A stretch of 63,994 bases of DNA, filler included, from Basidiobolus ranarum (taxonomy: Eukaryota): the NCBI GenBank assembly GCA_040143965.1. It is 11 parts of 11 records of this genome, joined end to end, with 100 filler letters (N's around TTAATTAATTAA, not from the genome) between each part and the next. Parts side by side here need not be neighbours in the genome. Positions count along the whole stretch, not along the records: positions 46,800 to 52,536 come from JASJQH010001513.1; positions 52,637 to 58,370 come from JASJQH010001514.1; positions 58,471 to 63,994 come from JASJQH010001566.1; 8 more parts are not named here. One strand, given 5' to 3'. Both the position numbers and the translations under genes were made by a program. Positions within the stretch are counted from its first letter, which is position 1; each line of letters begins with the position of its first letter. Below the pieces are notes generated by a model that made no database searches, was not told the DNA's origin, and saw only the letters and a program-made list of their open reading frames with translations. This document shows positions 50,256 through 63,694 of the stretch, piece by piece.

Positions 50256-51206
50256 TCATTGTCAGAGTCTACTTCTTTATGTGAGGATTCGTCAACGTCA
50301 GTAGTACTATCATCTTCGCATTCGATGGTGACCTCAATATCTCTTTGTACGTTCTGCTGGCCAACATTAATGAGAGGTTCATCAGAATCACTGTCTGAGT
50401 CTTCGACGAACTCTCCTTCTTTTGATAAGCGCCCAATTAGTCGGTAAAAAAATGGATCTCCATTGAATTACACGTTTCGCAATAGGAGTGTTTTGCGAAC
50501 ATCATTGATACGAGCCAAGTGAGAATAAGTATTAGACATTCATACATAAACTAAAATCAAAATCAGGTGTCGGTACCATCTTGTTTTGTGGTCGTAATGC
50601 AGAATCGAAAATATGCTCCTATGCAAATACAGTGACATTTCTTATTAGCAGGACGAGAAATCTGATAAGACAACTGTACAACTCCAAAAAGGAGCCCTTT
50701 AAAATCATTGAATCTTCTTTCATATAAAGTCTAGTGTCAACATAAAAGTAAAAATCTTAGTAATCATGTTAACTACTGAAGAAACAAGTACTCAGAAAAA
50801 ACTGGATAAATCCAGCGCATTTTCAAGATGAATAGCCTCCATTTTTTTGACTTCTTCTTCCTTAAGCTTAGCGTTGAATTCTTTTTCTGCTCGCTTAATG
50901 GCTTTTCATTCTTCTGCTTCCAAGCTTGTCGTTCCTCGACGCGTAACGTAACAATAGATATATCTTGAGCACTTGGATGAACCAAATTCATTTTGTTGTC
51001 TTCTTCCTCTTCTTCTAAACCAGAAGCTATTTATACCACAAATTCAAACGTCGCTTGTTGTTCTCTAAGAACATTTCTTCACGAATACATACCTTGACTT
51101 TTATTTCCGGTAGTACCACACTCCAAAAGATCCAAATTTAACCCAACCTCTATATAACTTGTTGTTGTCAGGTCGTTGACAATTCATCTGACATTATATC
51201 TTCCAT
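50256..51206 (-). pseudogene. Probable disrupted multi-exon gene of unknown family with an acidic C-terminus
   Basis: Protein-like segments (KAIKRAEKEFNAKLKEEEVKK; FYRLIGRLSKEGEFVEDSDSDSDE) and splice-like sites, but a frameshift after MEDIMSDE and in-frame stops. Confidence 0.4.
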
Positions 51207-51802
51207 ATTTTTGGAGAATTTAAAAGAGCTTTTCTTTTTCAATTCCAGTCAAAATAGAACCAAAGATACAGGGGCCTTCGAAATATTCTTGATACATACG
51301 TATTCATTGAAATGGTTAAGTAGGTATATAGCTACTCCCTATTGGATATGTATATATATATATCTGCGGTAAACAACAACCTTCCTACAAAGAACCTCTA
51401 GAATGAAAGATTAATAACACCATCATCCCATAAAATAAATAAACATACATAAATCTTGGTAAGGTTTTTCATCTGTTTGCCAAATAAATCTCACATGTTA
51501 TTACCAAACCAATATTCTGTACTTGATATTAGAATCATTGTATTCCTCTTTTGTTACCATTTATCAGACTGCTTTATGCAATCAGTTGTCTGAAGGAGTT
51601 GTATTGATATATCACGAACCTAACTCCAGTCTGGTTTGTAAGCATAAAAATACCACAAGAGAAGAATAGAACTTATTGCTAACATTTTAGTGTGAATAGA
51701 ATGTAGAAATGAGGAGACAAACTTGATCACCACTTTATGTCCTGATTGGAAAGAATAGTAACTTCAAGATACTCAAGAATGAGTATATTCCAGGGTAATG
51801 TT

Positions 51803-52131
51803 TGTTAAAGTATATTGGGAGCCTATTGGAAGTAGTTAGGAGAACCAGAGAAATTGGTGGTTTCCACATATTGATTTATTGAATAAAAAGCTGGCATTTA
51901 TAGTTTTGTCAAGATGTAAATAAACCAATGTGTAATGTGTTAAGGAAAGTCTCAGGAACATGTGTGCAAAGTTTGGGGCTTCTAGCACAGGTTTGAAAAA
52001 ATCTATATATCTGAGAACTTGTAAGTAAATTCCGATTGAGAATAATGGGTGGTATCTTAGCTCAATATAGGGTAACTAAATACTAGGCTATATATAACTA
52101 TATAGGTGTTTAGGCAATGCTAATTTCAACA
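51803..52131 (-). mobile_element. Solo LTR, copia family A, flanked by roughly 155-bp direct repeats
   Basis: Homologous to 27892-28221; about 51648-51802 recurs at about 52132-52284. Confidence 0.88.
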
Positions 52132-52536
52132 AATAATATCACAAGAGAAGAATAGAACTTATTGCTAACATTTTAGTGTGAATAGAATCTAGAAATGAGG
52201 AGACAAGCTTACCACTCTATGTCCCGATTGGAAAGAATATTAACTTCAAGGTAATCAAGAATGATTATATTCCAGGGTAATGTTGGATATCATTGAATAT
52301 TTTAGAACCTAGTGTTTATTCAAATCTTATTAAATATCATTTGTAAGAACTGCACATTACTTGCCCAAGGAGTAACTACGTTATCAAGTATCACCAAGTA
52401 ATCTTAGAATATGTTTATAACATATATATCAAGTAGAATTATTTGGTTAGTATAGTAAGGCCATATTTCAATTTCAATTAGTAACTAATTATCTCTTATT
52501 TCTCAACAAATAATATCCTAGTCAGTTCACCTCATA

Positions 52537-52636
52537 NNNNNNNNNNNNNNNNNNNNNNNNNNNNNNNNNNNNNNNNNNNNTTAATTAATTAANNNNNNNN
52601 NNNNNNNNNNNNNNNNNNNNNNNNNNNNNNNNNNNN
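52537..52636. other. Artificial contig spacer
   Basis: N44-TTAATTAATTAA-N44. Confidence 0.99.
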
Positions 52637-52729
52637 ATATAAACGGCTATGTAGCTGAAAGGGTTCGCCATAAGCATATTCTCCAACTTCTTATCGTCTA
52701 ACATCACAAACGAAATCTAATTATCGAAA

Positions 52730-54614
52730 ATGAATCCCTACGAGGACACTTGGCTATTCGTATTAGGGTTAATATTCGCATTCACAAGCGCCTATGGAAT
52801 TGGTACTTTACCTTCTCAGTTAGGTTTGAATAGCTATGGTTTTAATTATTTCCATGTAAACAGGGGCCAACGATTTCGCCAATTCTTTCTCAAGTTCCGT
52901 ATCATCACAGTCCATTACACTCTTTCATGCTGCCATCATTGGATTGTTTACCGAATTTCTCGGGGCAATTCTGTTAGGATCTGGCACAGTGACTACCATT
53001 CGCGGGGATATCATAGATTTAAAGAACTTTGACGGCCATCCTCAGCTGCTCATGGTACACTCTTCTTAGTTATATATTATCCATGGACTCTGTTTTAATT
53101 CGATAAGTAATGTAGTTAGGTATGGTTTGCGCCCTTTTCGGAGCTAGTGCATGGGTAATATTTGCTACTTCTCGTGGATGGCCGGTCTCCACTACACACT
53201 CCATAGGTATGTAATCCATCAACGAATTATATCACTTTGCTGGTCAATCACTAACCTCTTTGCTAAAGTTGGTGCTATCGTGGGTATTGGGATGGTCAGC
53301 TTTGGACCTGCCAGCATTGAATGGAAAAAGGGTAAGCTCTTCAATTTGTATGTTTGTCAACTTTGCCATGCTAGAACATTTTTTCTTTAATAGGCATCGG
53401 AAGAATGGCAATATCCTGGTTTCTTTCTCCCATTGCAGCTGGACTTGTTGCAGCAACAATATACACAACTACGAAATACTTGGTAAATTTAGTTTGAAAA
53501 TAGCTTTGATTTCTTTGTCTAAGCAGTTCTTATATTCAGGTGTTAACAAGATCTAATTCTTTTGAAAGGGGACTGGCAGCCATCCCCATCTACTTTGGTA
53601 TAACGACCCTGATTAATACCTTTTATATCCTGTATAATGGATTTCCAGATCTTAATGGTTTATCAACAGGTAACATTATACTTTCCTGTAATATATGCAC
53701 GACTGGTGGAATTGACTTTTGATCCAGGTGTTATCTGGGGAGTGACAATTGCTTTCAGTATATTGGTATCTCTTTTCTGCTTGTTCTTTGTGGTTCCATG
53801 GATGCAACGTAAATTGGAGTACTGTGAAGACCTTGCTTGGTACCATGTCTTCGTGATAATGTTTCTGCCACGTAAAAGAAGGATGGAAACTTTAAGTTTA
53901 GGAGCGAGTCCTAGGGAATCTTATGGACATAATGCGGAAACCGGTCTAATAGCACCCGGTGAAGCAGGAGAAAAATCCGATATTTTTGAAGCATTCAAAG
54001 GAGTAATCTTCAATGGTGTTCAAAAAGAGATGAATTTTCTAACTGACGAAGATTTACAAAAAATCCATGAGCTAGCTATCCGCTATGACAACAACACCGA
54101 ATACATGTATAACATTTTGCAGGTGATCACAGCGTGTATGGCAAGCTTTGCGCATGGATCCAATGATGTTGCCAATGCTTCTGGACCTTTGAGTACAGTT
54201 TATTATATTTGGAGCACTGCTGGTGTTGATATTGGCAATGTTACGCCTGTTCCTCTGTGGATCTTAGCAATCGGTGGCATTGCTATAGATATCGGGCTGT
54301 TTACGTACGGTTATAAGGTTATGAGATCTTTGGGCAATCAATTGACATATCATTCTCCAAGCAGAGGCTTCAGCATTGAGCTTGGGAGTTGTTTGACTGT
54401 GCTAACTTGCTCAAAGATTGGTGCGCCCATTTCCACGACTCAGTGTGTTACTGGTGCCACGGCAGCCGTGGGATTATGTAATAATAATATTGGCTCCCTG
54501 AATTGGAAACTGATCGGGTGGTGCTTCTTCTCCTGGATGCTTACTGTTCCTTGCTCAGCTTTGATAACTGTCTGTATCTTTGTACCTATGAAAGTAGGCA
54601 TATTTAAATTCTAG
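52730..54614 (+). CDS. PiT/PHO4-family (Pho89-like) phosphate symporter, about 7 exons
   Basis: YGIGANDFANSF, GWPVSTTHSI, SFAHGSNDVANA, SPSRGFSIELG, PISTTQCVTGA; six short GT-AG introns between 52803 and 53728. Confidence 0.93.
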
Positions 54615-55155
54615 AGATATTACAATATTTTATAATCTTCCTGTAAAAGACCTCAGTCTTTTCGAGCTACGAATTTAAATTCCGACTTTTTATCCCAATT
54701 GACCACTCTAACTCTTATAGCTTGATGCTATAAAAATATATGAGGGCCTAGCATATAACTGATTAACAAGTGTATTTAAAATTCAACCTTTTCCTTTTAA
54801 CACGGAAGTTGCTTTTACGCCGAGATATCAACTTCTATAACGGCGTCTGACCAATTAATAAAATCGCGTCATGTTTGAGGTTTGCTTTATGAAATTCCCA
54901 ATTCCGATACAACCTTTTATTAATCCCCGAAATTCATATTCAATGATGGCAAACGTGGTAACTGAGTTTGAAACATCTAGTAATTCCCAAAGTTCCCCTA
55001 CGTAACGTAACAAGTTTCACTTCTTTTCCGAAGTAAAGTATTATCAAATCTTATGTCAGCTAGCATTCACAGAACTTGAAGTACCTCTAGAATTAGTTTA
55101 TAAATATGAGGTAGATCGTTTACAACTTTCACAACAAAATATTCATCCATCGAAA

Positions 55156-55750
55156 ATGACTAACTTACTCTCTAAAACTGTTTTGATTATCGGACTACTC
55201 AGTCTAAGTAGTTGGAATGTATCCGCTCAAGGGACAAAGATTGCCATCGCTAACTTTACTGCAGGTGGGAAAGGTGTGATGGGAAAGGTCAAGTTCGTCG
55301 AACAGGATAAAGGTGCGGAGATAATTGGACAAATTCAAGGCTTGCCTGTGGGTGAACACGGGCTTCATGTCCACGAGATAGGTAGTCTGGATGATAACTG
55401 CAATGCAGCTGGTGGTCACTTTAACCCTCTGAAGATGAACCATGGAGCACCTAGCGATTCCGAAAGACATATCGGTGATCTAGGTAATATAGTGGCCGAC
55501 TCATCGGGTAAAGCTACCTTCAACCTGAATGATCCATTAATTGAGCTTGAAGGTCCTAATTCGATTATCGGGTAAGCTTCTTTAGACACATTTGTTGACA
55601 ACTCATTCAAAATTAACTTTGGAATAATGTAGACGAGCTCTAGTCATCCATGAAGGTAGAGATGACCTTGGTCAAGGTGGTGTACCAGCTTCCTTAAAGA
55701 ATGGTGATGCCAAGGGCCGAATTGCATGCGGGATTATCTCACTACAATGA
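55156..55750 (+). CDS. Secreted Cu/Zn superoxide dismutase, 2 exons
   Basis: Signal peptide; [25 protein letters not shown]; after intron 55572-55632 reads [22 protein letters not shown]. Confidence 0.95.
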
Positions 55751-58370
55751 ATCCCACCACCAGTCTAGTAGATGTTTTTATTGTCCTGTTAAGTTTATAG
55801 AAGTGGTTGGAAAATGTAACAAATTATGTCACGAATCAGTTAACTTTTATTTAGCACATTTACTCAACATCCAAAGAGAAAATCCTGCTACTTCTATTGT
55901 TCAGTGAGCAACAGTAATTTAAGATATAGATCTGGCACACGTCTAATTTGCTCAATATTCTAACAAAGAAACCTGCAGGAAAACTACCTTTCTTAAACCA
56001 CAAGGAGAGGAAATAAACTCACAGATGTTGATTCTAAAATACTTATCCTTTCAAGCTCTATCTTTAGTGAAGTGAGATAATCGTACTAAAGCCAACACAG
56101 TAGAGAGATAATTAGGGTCTCATGTAGGCTCAATAAGAGCGGAAAATTGGAATGTAACATACGTTTGTTGAATATGTGCTACATGACAGGTATACTCAAT
56201 GTATTAGAAGCTCTTTCAATCTGTGGTTGTGATCAGCCAACTACTATTGTTTCAGAGCTATTTTGAAAGCAGCCATCCACTATCAAATATTATTGATTCA
56301 TTTCTCTTTATCCGACTTTATACATGGAATATCTTTACATGCAAAAGTCTCACATATAGCGTAGTATTCATTCAAATACACATTGCAAAAAGTTGAGAAT
56401 TAAATATGTAACTCCATATTATGCATTGCCAAGAAACTTTGGATGAAAGATACCACAATCTAAATAGCGCGAATACTTGCTATCATCTGGGAACCTTGTT
56501 TGAGAAATGCCAAAGAGAATTGGCTATGCTAAAAGAACAACTAGTCAACTAACCAAGGTGGACAGCTAAGTTGAAGCAAGATCTTATGGTACTGCTATCC
56601 AAGAGACAAATATCATCAACATTCTCTTGAAAAGTTCAATGAGCTTCTTTGACATACCCTAACCCAAGATATTGATGAAATATCAGTCACACGCTCAAAG
56701 AAATGCTTAGCACTAGTTACTAGTACAAAAAAATTAATACCAAATATTAATATTACCAGTAAATCACTTTGCAATGCCAGTGATATCAAACCTGTTTCAT
56801 CGACAGTACCAACTATTATCACTGGATTTGACATTAACAGAGCAAATGTAAATTAATTAGCTTTAAGCCTGCTTGATTTTTTCATCCAATTTATGTGTAA
56901 TATCCGTGAGTCAGCCATGGGAGAATGCATTGCTCAAGTACCGGTATTATATGAAAATATGGCCATTCAGGTACGAAGAAAACCAGCTCTTTCTTGTCCA
57001 ATGACTCCGGAGATGAAAAGGTGTAGATAAAAACTTATTCCCAGATTCTGTGGAAGGAATCCTGAACACAGGCTTTTTAATCTTATCATAAACCAGCTTA
57101 TTAATTGTAAGTTAATATTGTATGTCAAATCGCCATATATTTCTTGGTCTCTTTACTAACCTTGACATAAATAAGGTACTTCTATTCAAGCGTGCTGAGA
57201 AAAATGACCATTCTTCACAACCTGTCTATGGTTGGCACTGTGGAGAAGTCTTAGGTACGCTCCTTAATGCCAGTTTGATTAATGCTGTTCAAAGATGTTT
57301 AAGTCAAAGCAGAGGATAGTTGTATTAATTGGCGATATCCTTGAGTAATTTTTATCTTTTATTTATACTTTAGCAGAGCTAGAGTTTCCTGTAGTGGTTT
57401 TTACTACTGGCAGTATTGACCTGATCGTTAACGTCGCATCACTTTACCATTTCGAATTTTCTTTATATCTCGCTTTGCAACAGCGCTTACTAAAGGTTAT
57501 ATGTAAACTTCTTTGGCTTTACAGAAAGTATATGGGCTTTACTCTATCTAATTGAGTTTCATTTTATTATGAATTCAATTGAACTCACGTTAATTTATGA
57601 TAACCTTGGTTCTCTTCCCTCTATCGATTTATTTATGTATGAACTAGGATAAACCCACTTATCGAATTACAGTGATTCCTGTCTTTACTATTGAATTGCC
57701 ATAAAAATCTCCAAATATTTATGCTTCTTTTTGATTGAATTCAGAATCCCATCATAAATAAGCATATATATTCCCTTTGATCAGAGTAAGTAAACTAGTG
57801 ATTTTACACATATGATCCTAGTAATCCTATTAGTTGATGAATTCCGTCTTTGGTAACTAAGCGATGCCACCACTACGGCATCCATCCAAGTTTAGCTAAT
57901 GCAGCATCATCCTGCTTAAGAGAACCTGAAAGTGTAGAGAATTTGAAGGAGATACTGCCGACGAACAGTAGAAACTATCGCTACCCACTCATATCAGAGG
58001 CAGCAAGAAAGCCCACATAATCATTAACAAGTAGTACCTTTTAGAGCACCATATCGCTGGTACCTAACCAGGAACAAAAATAATTCTCAGCCAAAGAACA
58101 CCATTCCATTTACTTACTGAAAAATAGAATAAGAAACCTCTTTCATTGTAAATCATTTATTTAATTGATGAATCCCAATAATGAAGAATTTCACGGGAAC
58201 CAGCCCCAATAAATAGAAGAAATTTTGCTTTAAATAAATCATATTGTACACGACTCTGAAGTTGAAATCAATAAATCCATGAATTTCGAGAGGATAATAG
58301 TAGCTGGGCCACAACTTTACATTCATAAAAAGGATACTAGAATTCCAGATGCCAATGATCTCAAACCATC

Positions 58371-58470
58371 NNNNNNNNNNNNNNNNNNNNNNNNNNNNNN
58401 NNNNNNNNNNNNNNTTAATTAATTAANNNNNNNNNNNNNNNNNNNNNNNNNNNNNNNNNNNNNNNNNNNN
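58371..58470. other. Artificial contig spacer
   Basis: N44-TTAATTAATTAA-N44. Confidence 0.99.
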
Positions 58471-58542
58471 CTAAAGAGAAGGTAGATGGTGACCGGACTT
58501 CTCTATCAATCCTGACTCATTTCGTGCCAGCAGTCGCGGTAA
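58471..58542 (+). pseudogene. SSU rRNA fragment of mitochondrial type (probable NUMT)
   Basis: CCTGACTCATTTCGTGCCAGCAGTCGCGGTAA; 58524-58542 is the universal 530-loop motif with the CAGTCGC variant typical of fungal mitochondrial rns. Confidence 0.65.
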
Positions 58543-59750
58543 TTGAGAATACTGGTTAATATATTTGAGAATTATAAGATAACTATGTACTAAGCTGTAT
58601 ATGAATACATAGATGTTTATGCAATGATAATTTCAATACTCTAGCTCAACTAAATAGTCATATAAACTAATCTTAATATAGGTCTAAATGTCTCAAATTT
58701 CTGTCTAGCTAATGGTTTAGTTAGTACATCAGCAATAATGTCTTCCGTAGAACAATAAGTTAAGTCAACACACTTATTCTCTACAGTCTCTCTAATGAAG
58801 TGATGCCTAATATCTACATGTTTGCTTCCATGATGAATCATGGGATTTTTGGCTCATTTGATGCAACTTGGATCATATTCAAATATTGTAGTTGGGAAAT
58901 TTTGAAAATAACCTAAATCTGTTAAGGTTTCTTAACCATATTGCTTCTTTTCTTTCCTCACAGGCAGCCATGTATTCAGCTTCTGTTGTTGAAAGTGCTA
59001 CAGTAGGTTGTTTCTTTGAATTCCAAGTAATAGCTTCATTACAGCAAAAGAATAAATATCCTGATGTAGATCTCCTGTCTTCAAATTCTCTTCCCCAATT
59101 TTCTTCTGAATATCCCATTAGATCAAAGTTTGATCCAGAATAGGTACATTTCAAGCACAGATCTACAGTACCTTTCAAATATCTGAAAATCTGCTTAACA
59201 GCTATGATCTTAGTTCCAGTTTCAGTCTCCACAAATGTTATAAGGTCTTTAAAGATTGAGAGAGCTTCTGCTTTTCTTTCTATAAGGTAGACCCAAGTTT
59301 AGCTTATATATTCATCCATAAATGTGATTAAATATCCTTTTTCACCTGAAGATATACTTTGCATAGGCCCACACAAATTTGAATGAGTACGATCCAATTT
59401 TTCACAAATTTGATTCAACCTGAGCTTTTGAAGGATTGTCTGGCTTGTTTTCCATATATACAACCATCACAAATATCCATTTTGGTAGGGGGTTAATTTC
59501 AATTCCAAAATTAGGCAGTTTTTGCTAAATTTGCTCAAAAATGAATTTCAATATGGCCAAATCTCTTATGCATAATTGAATAGTTTCTTGATTGGAATAA
59601 TTTATATTTATACATAAATCTCTTGGATTATATATAGGTTTGTAGAGGTTCTAATCTTTTTCTTGCAATGCTAAATAATTCCCATTTTGATCAGTGATGA
59701 TGCATTCTGACCTATCAAAATTGAATTTTAGCCCTTCTGAACCCTAACAA
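58543..59750 (-). mobile_element. Decayed Ty1/copia element: integrase remnant fused by deletion to late RT/RNase H, PPT, and partial 3' LTR of family A (58543-58638)
   Basis: RYLKGT, RRSTSGY, SKKQPTVALSTTEAEYMA, SKHVDIRHHFIRE, ADVLTKPL; PPT-like TTGAGCTAGAG abuts the LTR start. Confidence 0.88.
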
Positions 59751-59990
59751 AAATTTGAGGATTGTTATTGTAGGAAAACTGTTACAATTTTAATCCATTT
59801 AGGATTGACCATTTACTTACCATGATAAAATCATCAGTTAGATTCAATTTTAATAATTTTTCAGTTTCAGGAGTGAAATTACAAAATCTTGCAAAATAGT
59901 TGCACATGATTGGCTACAATCTCAGAGAACTTTGGATCAATACATGTGCCAAAAACATAACTCAAATTTTACGCATTTACCACTTGAACA

Positions 59991-62900
59991 CTAATTGGTC
60001 TCCTTCAACATTCCTAGTTTCTTTGATATATTCTGCAAAATGTTTTTATAGAGTTCTTCATATCTAAGGTTTAGCACATATCCAACACAGGTTTGTATCA
60101 ATATCTCCATCAAAGCCCACCAATGTACTAACATTGCTGAATCAAGATTCTTCCAGCTATCTGGTGGATACCCTGCAATATTGTGCCACTCTGTATTAAG
60201 TTCTTCCCTGATATCTGCACAGTCAACACCAGGCTGAATATTGAGTTGAATATTCATTTCTGAAGCCACTTTCTGCAGACTCCCACAGCATTTCTCCCTT
60301 CTTACTTTTGTGAAAACTCATCAAGCACTTTGACTATGTTCATACATCCTTGTAGTATGACACTACTGAGGGAGCTTTGTGGTGTTTGTGCAGCTTTTTG
60401 CTTGCCTTTAACTTTGGGACTAATTTTAACACTTTGAAAAGTACCAGTCAAGGATGGAGAGCCATGAAATTTTTTTGCTGGCATTTTGGCTCATGAATGG
60501 TGCCAGGTGTTGCTTGAACTTCCAAAATTAGCTTTCTTTCAACTGGTGTACCTAGTCCCATGCTGAAATTAAGCTCTTTTGCCCATATATCTGACTCTGG
60601 AAATACAGATCTTTGTAATGGTGTGAAGGATTTGCTAAGTGGGACAGTAGAGCCTAAACTCACTGGCTCCTTTGCTTTTCCCTTGGGTTTCCTAAATTCC
60701 CACTGCTTGAATACTGCTTTAGCTGCTTCCCTTTCTTTTCAAGTTGATAATTGTGTACTCTTTTGAGATATTTAATGAATAGGCCTATACTAGCCCAATA
60801 GCCATTTGCTTGCAAAAACCCAGGATAAGCCACGAGAAATAAGTCAAAAACCTCAGAGTAACATCTGGTTTTTGGTTTTTCCACAATTGGCTCAAATCAA
60901 GGGGATTTTGGGCAAGATTACACAAAGTTTCCAAAATGTTAAACCACTCATCATCAGAGCAGGTGACAGCAACTCTGACATCAGCTGCTTCAGAGTGCTT
61001 TATTAGCAAGAATATTGTGGTGTTACTGATAGTCATGGTCTATATAGCAACTTTGTAGTTTTTACTTATGATTGCATGAAAATCTTTATGGCATTCTTGC
61101 TGCTATTCCTTTGTTTTAGTAATTTCATCCAAATTTTCTATTGAGGGTTGTTCAATAGTGGGCAAAGTAGCCATTTTAGAAGTTGCTGGTCTTGGCAGTG
61201 TTTTTGTTGAACTTTGTAATTACTACATAATTGGTGCTTACAATCTCTTCACTTGCACTATTGCCAGAGAGGAGCACATCTGGTAAATTCATCAATGCTT
61301 CATTATTACTTGAGTTAGTTTCTAGCATGTTAATGTCTTCTGAAGTGGATAGTAGATCACTAGGCTGCTCATCAATGAAGTCCTCTGTTCTTGCTGGTTA
61401 TTCTCCTTTTGTGCCAGTAGGCTTTTGCTTGGAAGCCAATTTTGATTTTAAACACTTTTTGAATGGCTTTGAAATTTCAAGATGGTGAACTTGGTGTAGT
61501 ACAATCAGTAGAAGCAGCTAATAATAAACCTAAATTGACCTCCATTACTGGAAATATCCTATAAATCCCCTGATGACTCATCAGTGATACTGTCTCAGTA
61601 ACAGCTGATAATATTGATGGTCCATACCCAATATACCATCCTTATGTAGGAGGTGCTCTTTTTTCTACAATATCCTTCTTATGCAGGCATACAAATATTT
61701 ACAGAAGCCCTGCTACTGTTGTTACAAATTCTAGTGCTATGAAAGCTGGAAGCTTTATAAGAATAACAATCACAAGGAAGGTCACTGTACAAATCCATGA
61801 GCTGCACAAACCTGGTGAATATCAATAGCAAAAAGTGCACAAAATTGACCTTTTTTGCCGACTGAGTCCACTGGCTGTGCTTTGCCTCAAAGCTTTGGTA
61901 ACACTGCCAAAAGTCAAGATACCATGGAGTTACCAAAGTTATATGACCAGAAGGATGTAGGTAGAAATGCAAGTTTGGTCAAACCAATATGTCTAGACAA
62001 CTTAGAGGACATGCTGCTTGATGTTGATCTTGGTTATTCCAGTACTGATGTAGTATTTTGGAAGTGGAAGAAAAATACCATGGTTGTGTTTCAGACTCTT
62101 TGTTATTGGCAAGCATTAGCCCACTCATAACACTTACAGTAAAAGAAGCAGCTTTGATTATAGAGTTCATTCCAATCTTAGCAACCTGGTTTTTATTGGC
62201 TCTCTTCCTTTTTTTCACAGTTGATTGGTAACTGTAGCTTCCCACAGACCAGGTACAAGTGGAAAACACTTGTCAATTGTATGACTTATAGTCCTTCAGT
62301 AATTAAACTACCTTTGTGTTGAAATGGATGCCTGTCTTTTACTGGTGATCAGAAAAATTAGAAGTCATGTACTGTTTGCACACAATTGGCAATTACTAAA
62401 TCAGGTATATATTGCTCACATTTGGCTACATATCATTGAACCACCATCTAAAAGTTTTGATGAAATCACCCAAATATAGCTCATAGATCCAATGTCAAAG
62501 TACTTATCACAAACCTGATGGTATTAGAATTTGAAAAGTCAAGGTTTCTTTGAGAGCACATATGATCATGCATTTGCATTGGCTCTGGATGGTTTCTCAC
62601 TTGACAAATATACCATTGGACAGGGTTGCCAGCCAATAATTTTAATTAACTTAAAGATACCTCCTTCTGAACAGTATAAGAGTGATAGTAATTTGATACT
62701 ATCCATCATATCTGCACCTAATTTACCAGTGCTTATAGATAGCTTCTTGCAGCCTTTGATTGCGGAATTTGAATGGTTATCAAATGGGGTTCAGATGGGT
62801 CAAAATTTTATTAAAGCCAATATCATTGTATGACACACCTGCCATCAGTAAACCTGGAGGTTTTGGAGGGCACAATGCACTATCTTGCCGTAGACTTGAC

Positions 62901-63690
62901 AAATTAATGGAGTCTACTTTGTCAGGTATAAGCATTACTACTATCCAAATTCAAAACTAAACTCCATAATTTTACCATCAGAAGCCTGGTCAGATTTCAA
63001 TATGATCACTGATAGCAATGTACCAAATAGTCAGTCTAATATCAAACTTGGTATTAGCCATAAGCCCAAGATTATATTGCTAAAGGGGATCAGCTGGAGC
63101 CAGAGCTTCCCATTAGGCACTATACACTTACTGTTCAAAAACATTCCAATACTACTTACTCAGCTTTATAGTGGAAAATTCAATATGAATGAGCCATTTG
63201 AGATACGATCAAAGTTTGAAGCAATTGGAAAAATGTTTGAAAACTTCAAGATATCATCATATTTTACTAGGACTCCTATCAATATCCACTCATCTAAGCA
63301 TTTATTCAAATGTACAGACTGGAAGTATTGAATCTGTATATATTCAAGTGGAATCTGTAAAAGATTTCTGCCTGATTAGTATTGGCAATAATGGGAGTTA
63401 TTTGTGGATATTCTTGATATGTTCTTACAGCATCAACCAACATTGGCAGATCTCAGGTAGATACAGTGACTGTACAAAGATTTTTTAATTTCAAATGAAG
63501 AACTTTATTACAGGTTTGAAAAAGATAGACTGAATCTATGCCAGTTTTCAATACATTCCCTGCTGCATCTTTCACCAAGCTTAGTGATTATAGGCCCTGC
63601 CTATACATTCTGGGAGTTCCCAATGTAATGCACCTGTGGTGAAATGATGCTCTGTGTGAAATTTTCAGTATTACCAAATGCTAATCTGCA
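59991..63690. mobile_element. Second decayed copy of the two-ORF CACTA-like element (ORF2 minus 59991-61545; transposase plus about 61740-63688)
   Basis: Reverse-complement collinear with about 7630-11625; AFALALDGF, PIILINLKIPP, DTPAISK.GG.GGHNA. Confidence 0.85.
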
Positions 63691-63694
63691 CAAC

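Noticed and set aside
56000-58370. Possible endogenous viral or LINE remnant downstream of the SOD gene
   Set aside because: The part I translated (about 57840-58370) gave only short broken frames with no RdRp, RT or endonuclease motif, and the ORF track shows nothing recognisable in the rest; a tBLASTx search would be needed.
5766-58470. Regularly spaced TTAATTAATTAA palindromes every 5.8 kb or so, and ORFs running into X residues
   Set aside because: Artificial all-frame-stop linkers between size-sorted contigs; not biological, and gene neighbourhoods across them are meaningless.
59989-59993. CACTA pentamer at the edge of the transposon copy as a possible terminus
   Set aside because: It overlaps the ORF2 stop codon, and no matching opposite end or subterminal repeats are visible; likely chance.
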